This document shows, piece after piece, positions 37,293 to 44,347 of a DNA stretch of 64,000 nt. The DNA comes from an uncultured Gammaproteobacteria bacterium (GTDB lineage Bacteria; Pseudomonadota; Gammaproteobacteria; Arenicellales; JAANXG01). The notes under the pieces were generated by a model that was not told the DNA's origin, did not search any database, and saw only the letters and a list, made by a program, of their open reading frames with translations. How positions within the stretch are numbered: the first letter of the stretch is position 1; each line of letters starts with the position of its first letter. Location of the stretch: assembly GCA_945787105.1 (NCBI GenBank), contig CALZGZ010000120.1:3159-67158 (forward strand). The letters run 5' to 3'. Position numbers and translations under genes: made by a program.

Positions 37293-37319
37293 CTATCGGC
37301 ACCGACGTGCCTAACTTTA
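37293..37319 (-). promoter_or_regulatory. sigma28 (FliA) promoter for the EB_dh-like/MCP operon
   Basis: The minus strand reads TAAAGTTA-N11-GCCGATAG (7/8 + 7/8, exact spacing), ~90 nt upstream of ATG 37202. Confidence 0.65.
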
Positions 37320-37697
37320 GGACCTGTTCTGCGGTCATCCGACCCCCGCCCGAATACCATTGAACTGCACCCGGACCCCGTGATCCGGCTACAAGCCGGG
37401 AGCGTAGTCTAGGTGCCAACGTTTTGATCAAGTTTCCCGTCGGGCGACCGATATACTTCATTGAACCGATCGCGGCGCGGTCCATACCGTGACGACGCCA
37501 CGATTCCGCCCGCATATCGAACCGGGACAAGTACTGGAAACGCACACAAAGCATTCGACGTAAGTAGTGGGATAGCCGGTAATTCGGAAACCAAGGGGGC
37601 CGAATTGAGTTTAGACCCCAGCTTCCCGAACCCACGAGGACACTGAAATCCATGATAATGAAGCGATTACTGAGTGCGTCGTTGAAGGAGGTGCCCA

Positions 37698-39008
37698 ATG
37701 CGTCAGGCTAGAGCGCCCGCATCATCCAACGAGGCGCATGCGCCACATACCCTCGATCAGGCAGAATCCATTACCGGTGCGGATACCGCAACCATACGGC
37801 GATTCAAGCAGTTCGCGGTACTTTCGGATTCGGCGCTTACTGCAATCGCTGCGCAGTCGGTGGTCGAGAAGATACCGGCGGGACAGCAACTGATGGAAAT
37901 CGGAACCCGCGGAGACTCGGTCTTGTTTCTGTTAACGGGGCGCTTGGAGATGACCTCCGCGAACGGCGCGCCACACGAGATCGAGGGTAGTAGCGCTGAA
38001 GCCGATTACGCGATCTCGTATCTGCAACCACACCGTTATACGGTCACTACCAGCTCGCCCGCGGTGATCCTGCGCGTCAACCGCACCACCTTGGAAAAGT
38101 ATGTCAACGAACGGAATTCCTCCACCTACGACGTCGAGGAGATCGAAGCTGGTGAACAACTCCGCGACAGCCTGTTGTTTCATGAGTTGTACGAAGGTTG
38201 CCGCTCCGATCGCTTGAGGTTGCCGAGTCTGCCGGATATCGCCTTCAAGGTTCGAAAGGCATTCGAAAATAAGCGCTCGGATTTGTGGAGCATCGCGTTG
38301 ATCATCGACTCTGATCCGGCCATCGCGGCAAAGTTAATCCGGGTGGCGAACAGCGCCAACTATCGCGGAGAAAATCCGGCCGACACCACGACCGGGGCAG
38401 TCATCCGCCTGGGCGCGGCGACAACCAAAGAACTGGTCATGAGCTTTGCTATGCGTGAGCTCTTCAACACCCGCTCCGCAACGCTCAATCAGCGCATGCA
38501 CAGTCTATGGAAACACAGTATCGATATAGCGGCGACGTGTTTTGTGGTCGCCGGCAGAACCGCTGATTTCGAGCCGGAAACCGCGTTACTCGCCGGCTTG
38601 CTCGAGTATATCGGCGCCATAGCAATCATCAGCTATGCGGAGAAGTATCCGGAGATCACCGATAACTCAGCCGAGCTCGAGAGAGTAATCAACACGCTGC
38701 ATCCCCATGTCGGTGGGATGATTTTGCATTCCTGGGGATTGCCCGAAAACATTTCCATCGTGCCCGCCGCATCGGAAGACTGGTTCCGGTGCTCAACACA
38801 TACCCCTGATTATTGCGCTCTGGTCATGTTCGCGAAACTGCTCAACCGGCTGCGGCGGGACCAGCATGCGGACGCTCTCCCGCCGATACACGAGTTGCCA
38901 TGCCTGGCGGCCTTGGGTTTCGGCGACTTGACGGTCGAATCCACCTTAGCGATGGCCGCCACGATCAAGGATCAGATCGACAAAATGCGGCGGCTGTTGA
39001 ACACGTAA
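37698..39008 (+). CDS. cyclic-nucleotide-binding-like domain + HDOD domain protein
   Basis: 436 aa. GAAGGAGG Shine-Dalgarno. N-terminal CAP-effector-like IPAGQQLMEIGTRGDSVLFLLTGRLEM. C-terminal HDOD (LPSLPDIAFKVRKAF...DPAIAAKLIRVANSANY...LLEYIGAIAI). Confidence 0.8.
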   Translation: MRQARAPASSNEAHAPHTLDQAESITGADTATIRRFKQFAVLSDSALTAIAAQSVVEKIPAGQQLMEIGTRGDSVLFLLTGRLEMTSANGAPHEIEGSSAEADYAISYLQPHRYTVTTSSPAVILRVNRTTLEKYVNERNSSTYDVEEIEAGEQLRDSLLFHELYEGCRSDRLRLPSLPDIAFKVRKAFENKRSDLWSIALIIDSDPAIAAKLIRVANSANYRGENPADTTTGAVIRLGAATTKELVMSFAMRELFNTRSATLNQRMHSLWKHSIDIAATCFVVAGRTADFEPETALLAGLLEYIGAIAIISYAEKYPEITDNSAELERVINTLHPHVGGMILHSWGLPENISIVPAASEDWFRCSTHTPDYCALVMFAKLLNRLRRDQHADALPPIHELPCLAALGFGDLTVESTLAMAATIKDQIDKMRRLLNT

Positions 39009-39098
39009 GCCATCCCGTATCGTCACCGTCCTCCCCGCATGGCGTTTAGCCGTGCAATCCCTTCGCCATCACCCGGGATCATTGGTGCAATATGCGCG

Positions 39099-39491
39099 CT
39101 ACAGGGCGAAACCCAGTTCTATCAGTTTTTCGCGCAGCTCGTCTTTTGAAAACGGTTTCGTTAAATAATCGGTCGCGCCCAAGCTGATCGCCTCCAGCAT
39201 TTCGTCCAGCTCATTGCGCGTGGAGATCATCAGAATACTCATTCTCTGGTAATTAGGCTTTGCACTCAGGGCGGTAAGCAAACTCAACCCGTTCATCACC
39301 GGCATATTCCAATCAACCATCGCCAGGTCGTAAGGACCGTGAGCGGCGCAACAATTGAGCGCTTCCTGTCCTTGGGTGGCTTCATCCACCTTGAACCCCA
39401 GATCCTCCAAAGTCCGGCGAACGAGCATACGCGTGGCGCTGCAGTCGTCCACGACGAGTGTACAGCGTTTGTAACTAGAATTATTGACCAT
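39099..39491 (-). CDS. single-domain CheY-like response regulator
   Basis: 130 aa. TLVVDDCSATRMLV...DLAMVDWNMPVMNG...MISTRNE...YLTKPF. GGAGA Shine-Dalgarno. Confidence 0.9.
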   Translation of the reverse strand: MVNNSSYKRCTLVVDDCSATRMLVRRTLEDLGFKVDEATQGQEALNCCAAHGPYDLAMVDWNMPVMNGLSLLTALSAKPNYQRMSILMISTRNELDEMLEAISLGATDYLTKPFSKDELREKLIELGFAL

Positions 39492-39576
39492 AACTGTATC
39501 TCCTGGAGCCGAATTAAGGCTTGATTACTCGCAAGGAAGCGTCATCAACCACGCCGACAAGCGGCGGCCATACGGT

Positions 39577-39604
39577 CTATCGGCATCATCGGCGCCTGGC
39601 TTTA
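39577..39604 (-). promoter_or_regulatory. weak sigma28-like promoter candidate upstream of the CheY-like gene
   Basis: The minus strand reads TAAAGCCA-N12-GCCGATAG, 86 nt upstream of ATG 39491. The spacer is 1 nt long and the -35 match is weak. Confidence 0.35.
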
Positions 39605-39650
39605 ATTGCGGTGACGACTCTGCCGATCCAAACGTGTCGCGCGGCGCCAC

Positions 39651-40022
39651 TCAGGATCTATTTTTCCGCATACGCTCCAACAGCATTGCATCGTACTTCT
39701 GCTCCTCTTCCGGAAACTGTGCGACGAATTCCTTGGCCTTAGAACCCAACGTTCGGTGATAAAGTTTATACACTTCACACGCGACACAGTTGCGCTCCTT
39801 TTGCGCCACACTGCCCTGGACCACGCCGCCGCACAGCGTACCCGCGATGGCCCAGCAGCTGTGGCCCAGGCCCTCGATCGCGGCAATACACTCGCCTAAC
39901 TCAGTCACTTTTGCGCCGCCGCTTTCACGCCCACATTGTTTGATATCCCAGCAATTCTTCAACAATTTCGTCATCGTAATTCTGCCTTTTGGTTTGCAAT
40001 ATGTTGATTCATCGGCGCGCAT
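39651..40022 (-). CDS. small Cys-rich 'two-CW'-type domain protein
   Basis: 123 aa, or 107 aa if it starts at ATG 39974. NCWDIKQCGRESGG...GECIAAIEGLGHSCWAIAGTLCGG...RNCVACEVY has 7 Cys and two C-W dipeptides. GAGGG Shine-Dalgarno 6 nt before ATG 40022. Confidence 0.6.
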   Translation of the reverse strand: MRADESTYCKPKGRITMTKLLKNCWDIKQCGRESGGAKVTELGECIAAIEGLGHSCWAIAGTLCGGVVQGSVAQKERNCVACEVYKLYHRTLGSKAKEFVAQFPEEEQKYDAMLLERMRKNRS

Positions 40023-40071
40023 TACTGACCCTCGCGGGCAGGCAACTCAAGGACGCACCGCAACACGTTTG

Positions 40072-40098
40072 TTATCGACATGAAGCGCGAAAACTTGA
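40072..40098 (-). promoter_or_regulatory. sigma28 (FliA) promoter for the two-CW gene (and possibly the CheY-like gene)
   Basis: The minus strand reads TCAAGTTT-N11-GTCGATAA (7/8 + 7/8, exact spacing), ~50 nt upstream of ATG 40022. Confidence 0.6.
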
Positions 40099-40213
40099 AT
40101 CCGATTCCCGCCCTCCAGCCCGGCTTTCTAGAAACAAAGGCCAGCGTTAGCCGAGACCCACGAGTCCCGCGTCTGCGTTTGGAATCCGGGTGACAAATGT
40201 GAGCGCCACACCT

Positions 40214-40240
40214 TAAAGGCTCGTTCGAAGCTGCCGATAT
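40214..40240 (+). promoter_or_regulatory. sigma28 (FliA) promoter for the MCP at 40311
   Basis: TAAAGGCT-N11-GCCGATAT (exact spacing, -10 element 7/8), ~70 nt upstream of the start. Confidence 0.6.
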
Positions 40241-40310
40241 CAGCAATAAGTCACGAACATATACGTCTCCAGCCTGCCTCTCGAAATACTGGTAGACCCA
40301 TGAGGAGGCG

Positions 40311-42923
40311 TTGCTGGCTATGACGCGACGAGGTTCCTATAAACCGGGAGATAACACATTGAAGAACGTTCGTCCCGCACAGGGATCATCTGCATCCGGT
40401 TCGACCACCCCAAATCGGGCCGGCGTATTAGGTATCCGAGGCAAGCTGCTCACGGCCTTCCTGGTCATGGCGGGTACCACCGTGATTGCCAGCGCCGTCG
40501 GTCTGGTGTCCTACAGCAAATTGGGGGACCGCTTCACGCATATCACCAAGGAAAGCGTACCGACCATGTTCCACGCCCTCGAACTCGCAGAATATGGCGC
40601 CAAGTTTGACAAAGGCATCGCCGCGTTTGTCGAATCCGCAACCGACGACGAGCGCCAACACCGGTTGATGATGCTCAGAGAAATCTCCGACGGAATTGTC
40701 GAACACTCGGGACATATTCATAGCCAACGGCATCCCAAACACGACGAAGTCTCCGAGGAAATCGTCGCACCCACGGAACATAGTGTCAGCGAACAGGCGG
40801 CCGTCCACAGCGAACCCTCCTATGCAACCGTGGAACACACCAGCCCTGGTCCCAGCGAACCGGGATCCATCCACAGTAATGCATTGTTGCCGGTCGTCCT
40901 GGCGCGAATCGATCACTTGGGCAAAGAGCGGATACCCACCATCATCGCCTCCCTGGACGAACTGGTGCGGACACGTGTGACGACCAAGGGCGCTCTTGCG
41001 GGACGCCTTGGGGCGCTACGCGCCGACCACGTCGACCTGTCTCAATACCTGAATATCGCCATTTCGGACGCGGTGATGGCCGGCGTGCCGGTAAGCGAAG
41101 TCCAGCAATCGGACCCCCGCCCGGGATTGCTGATGGCGTTACTGGAGACCCAGGCGAGCGTAAACCTGATTCTCAGCGCGTTGTTAGAGGAGAGGTATCT
41201 CCCTGTCGACGCCGACGCCGAGCCCTTGCGGGCACGCTTTGAGGCCGCGATTGGCGCGGTTCGGATGGCGGGGGATAACCTGAAGACCACCGAGCCGGGC
41301 CGGCTCGCCTATGAAAAAACTCTCGCGTTCCTCAACTATGGGTCGGGAGAAAACAACATTGTCGATCTGCGCGTCGCGGAACTCGCCGCCATCGACCGGC
41401 TCACGGCATCGCGCAAAGATCATTCGTCGACTATCGCGAATTACAAGTCCCTGGTCTCCGATCTTATTGCCACCAGTAACACCCAGGTGGACGAAAATTT
41501 CGCCCGGGTCGAGGTGATGATTGCCAATGGCAAGCTGCTGCTGCTGGCGCTCGCCGGGCTCAGCATGCTGATTGCAGCGCTGTTGGGCTGGTTGTACGTC
41601 GGCCGTAATCTCTTGGGCAGGCTGGCCCGCATCACCGGTCAAATGCGCCGCCTGAGTCAGGGGGATTTGGGGTCGCAAATCCGCGTATCCGGGAGCGATG
41701 AACTCGGCGAAATGGCCGTCATCGTTGAGGATTTTCGATTGAAAGGACTAGAGAACCGGCAATTACAGGAGCAACGGCAGATCGCCGCGGCGGAGCGCGA
41801 AAAGGCTGTCGCGGAGACACAACAACAGGAAGAAGCGCGCCTCGAAGCGGAGCAACGTCACCGACACGTCGTACAACAGGCCGCCGAGCGCGAGCAACAC
41901 AAAGCCGCAACGCTGCGGGCTAAGGTGGACGCGCTGCTGGAGGTGGTCAACGCGGCCGCGGAGGGCGACTTGACGGGCAAGGTATCGGTCGGTGGCGATG
42001 ACGCCATCGGCAGGATGAGTAGGGGTCTCGCAGAATTTATCCAGAAACTGCGCACCAACATTGAGACCCCCGCAGAAAACGCGGTTGCGCTGACCGGTTC
42101 CGCAAACGAATTAACCAAGATCCGCGAGAACATAAGCATCAATGCGGAGCAAAACTCCGCCAAGGCCACAGCGGTATCCAACACAGCGCAACAAGTCAGC
42201 AAGAACGTGGAAACCGTGGCAACAGCTGCGGAAGAGATGGATACCAGCATCCGCACCATCGCGAACAACGTTGTACATGCCTCGGAGGTCGCAACCTCCG
42301 CGGTGGACATCGCCAGAGAAACTAATGCCAGTGTTAGCCAGCTGGGCGAGAGCAGCGCCGAAATCGGTAATATCAGCAAGGTCATCACCTCCATCGCGCA
42401 GCAGACTAACCTGCTTGCCCTCAACGCGACCATCGAAGCGGCCCGCGCCGGTGAGGCCGGGAAAGGATTCGCCGTCGTCGCCGGCGAAGTCAAGGACCTC
42501 GCCAAGGCGACCAGCCGGGCAAGCGAGGATATCAGTAAAAAGATCGAAACCATTCAAAAAGACACGGAAACCGCAGTGAAGGCGATCGCGAAAATCGGCA
42601 CGATCATTGATCAAGTCAACGATATCCAAGTGGGTGTGTCTGGAGGCATGGAGGAGCAGACCAAGGTGGCCCGTGACATTGCCAAGGCGGTGTCGGAAGC
42701 GGCGATCGGAAGCGCCGAGATTGCACACAATATATTGAAGGTCAGCGAGACCGCCGGCGGGACGTTGAAGGCCGTCAATGAGGCACGGACCTCACTGAGG
42801 GAGCTGGCGCAAATGGCTACCCAGCTACAGGATTTCGTCGCCCGTTTCAAATATCAAACACACCCGGAGCCCATCCATCTTACCCAGCATCCAGCCTTGA
42901 GCTCCGCAGCCGCGGAAGGTTAG
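40311..42923 (+). CDS. methyl-accepting chemotaxis protein with a large periplasmic domain carrying a His-rich insert
   Basis: 870 aa. TM1 at ~aa 47-68 and TM2 at ~aa 405-430. HAMP ([22 protein letters not shown]). Tip block [35 protein letters not shown]. The start is TTG 40311 or ATG 40320, after a GAGGAGG Shine-Dalgarno. Confidence 0.9.
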   Translation: MLAMTRRGSYKPGDNTLKNVRPAQGSSASGSTTPNRAGVLGIRGKLLTAFLVMAGTTVIASAVGLVSYSKLGDRFTHITKESVPTMFHALELAEYGAKFDKGIAAFVESATDDERQHRLMMLREISDGIVEHSGHIHSQRHPKHDEVSEEIVAPTEHSVSEQAAVHSEPSYATVEHTSPGPSEPGSIHSNALLPVVLARIDHLGKERIPTIIASLDELVRTRVTTKGALAGRLGALRADHVDLSQYLNIAISDAVMAGVPVSEVQQSDPRPGLLMALLETQASVNLILSALLEERYLPVDADAEPLRARFEAAIGAVRMAGDNLKTTEPGRLAYEKTLAFLNYGSGENNIVDLRVAELAAIDRLTASRKDHSSTIANYKSLVSDLIATSNTQVDENFARVEVMIANGKLLLLALAGLSMLIAALLGWLYVGRNLLGRLARITGQMRRLSQGDLGSQIRVSGSDELGEMAVIVEDFRLKGLENRQLQEQRQIAAAEREKAVAETQQQEEARLEAEQRHRHVVQQAAEREQHKAATLRAKVDALLEVVNAAAEGDLTGKVSVGGDDAIGRMSRGLAEFIQKLRTNIETPAENAVALTGSANELTKIRENISINAEQNSAKATAVSNTAQQVSKNVETVATAAEEMDTSIRTIANNVVHASEVATSAVDIARETNASVSQLGESSAEIGNISKVITSIAQQTNLLALNATIEAARAGEAGKGFAVVAGEVKDLAKATSRASEDISKKIETIQKDTETAVKAIAKIGTIIDQVNDIQVGVSGGMEEQTKVARDIAKAVSEAAIGSAEIAHNILKVSETAGGTLKAVNEARTSLRELAQMATQLQDFVARFKYQTHPEPIHLTQHPALSSAAAEG

Positions 42924-43229
42924 CCCGAATACTACACCAAGGCGGCAAAAAGAGGCGCCATCAATTTGTTTGCGATGAGGACTTCAATTATTGTTGCGCG
43001 CCACGTTTCGCACCTGGAGCTGGGCCTACTCTAACGCTGGCTTGGTCTCGAACGCCTAACCTTGCACTTCACTCTACCCTTTACCGCGATGCAATTCGCT
43101 CAAGGGGGCGCTTGTCCCCGCCTTGTCCCCGCACAGCAGGGGAACAGCAGGGGGAACCAGCCATCCGATCCGATCGCTATCATCCGGGGTCCTGGGCGCA
43201 CTAGGCGTATTACCAATCTGCCAAAGTGC

Positions 43230-44078
43230 CTACGTAAGCATCTTCGCAAGATCGATAATCGACTGCACTTCCTGGTGGGCGCTGTCGATCACCGCGTTCA
43301 GATCTCCGGCATCCATCTTAAGTTCGCCGACCGCCGTCGTGTCTAGCCGCACGTCGGCCGCTCCCGCGAGGGACTGCCGGGTCCATTCGGCGCATACTCT
43401 TGTTAGCATGCACGCAGGCCATTGCGGGCCCCGGTAGTCCAACGTAGCGAAATTACCAATATTGGTCTGGATCGTATCGGGCATCCCCCACTGCGCAGCG
43501 ATTAACACCCCTGCCTGCCGGTGGTCCAGGCCGATCATCTGTGTTTCGATGTCGTGCAATGGCCGTTCCGGTTCGCGCTTTGCGAGTGTAAACACTGCGT
43601 CCATCTCCTCAGGTGAGACGTGGGCCAGCGCGATCACCCCGATGTTATGGAGGAGTCCATTCAAATAGGCGTCCTCCGGATCCGGCGCCCCCTCGATCCC
43701 AATCACCCGCGCGAGCCTGCGCGCAAGATGGGCGGTAAGTAACGCGCTGCACCAGTACTGATGGGTATCGAAACCGGGACATTTGTCCGTCCGGAAGCTA
43801 GAGCTCGCCGCGAGCGCGACGACCAGACTTCGCACCAGGTCCAGGCCGAGCACGCGAATGATGGCATCCTTGACTGAATTGGCGCGCGAGGGCAGACCGT
43901 AAAAAGCGGAATTTGCCACCTTGATGATACGCGCCGCGATCGGGGGGCTCGACTCGATAACCTTGGCAAGCTCCTGGAAATCCACATTATCGTCGCTCAC
44001 TGCTTTCAGCATCGACTGCATCTCAGCAAGCGGCGGAATTTCCTTGAGCCTGCGAACCAGTGGCTCTACGTCGGACAT
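43230..44078 (-). CDS. HDOD-domain signalling protein (paralog of 21094-21969)
   Basis: 282 aa. IESSPPIAARIIKVANSAFYG...DAIIRVLGLDLVRSL...LLHNIGVIALAH. Collinear similarity to the HDOD protein at 21094-21969. Confidence 0.85.
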   Translation of the reverse strand: MSDVEPLVRRLKEIPPLAEMQSMLKAVSDDNVDFQELAKVIESSPPIAARIIKVANSAFYGLPSRANSVKDAIIRVLGLDLVRSLVVALAASSSFRTDKCPGFDTHQYWCSALLTAHLARRLARVIGIEGAPDPEDAYLNGLLHNIGVIALAHVSPEEMDAVFTLAKREPERPLHDIETQMIGLDHRQAGVLIAAQWGMPDTIQTNIGNFATLDYRGPQWPACMLTRVCAEWTRQSLAGAADVRLDTTAVGELKMDAGDLNAVIDSAHQEVQSIIDLAKMLT

Positions 44079-44169
44079 CTGCCTATCTCGCGCATGGTGT
44101 CGTTAATATATTTCTCTACACATGCGCGAAAGAGTACCAGATAAACGGCGAAATTTGTTCCGCTTTTAC

Positions 44170-44196
44170 TAAATTTTCCAACTCTCGGGTCGATAA
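44170..44196 (+). promoter_or_regulatory. sigma28 (FliA) promoter for the cheA operon
   Basis: TAAATTTT-N11-GTCGATAA (7/8 + 7/8, exact spacing), ~150 nt upstream of the cheA ATG. Confidence 0.65.
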
Positions 44197-44347
44197 CTAA
44201 CTTAGACAACGGCATTCATCAATTCTTGAGGCAGCCAGGTGTGCCAGAGAATAATCCAAGCGAAACCGGGGTTTTAAAACAATTGAAAACTCGGGGCCTG
44301 TGTTTGCGTACACACAGTCTCCAACCGATTGGACACAATTAGGTGTA

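Noticed and set aside
37024-37698. 224-aa minus-strand ORF covering the 495-nt intergenic region upstream of the EB_dh-like gene
   Set aside because: It overlaps the signal-peptide end of the EB_dh-like gene by ~180 nt and contains the sigma28 promoter motif. Its R/G-rich sequence has no recognisable motifs.
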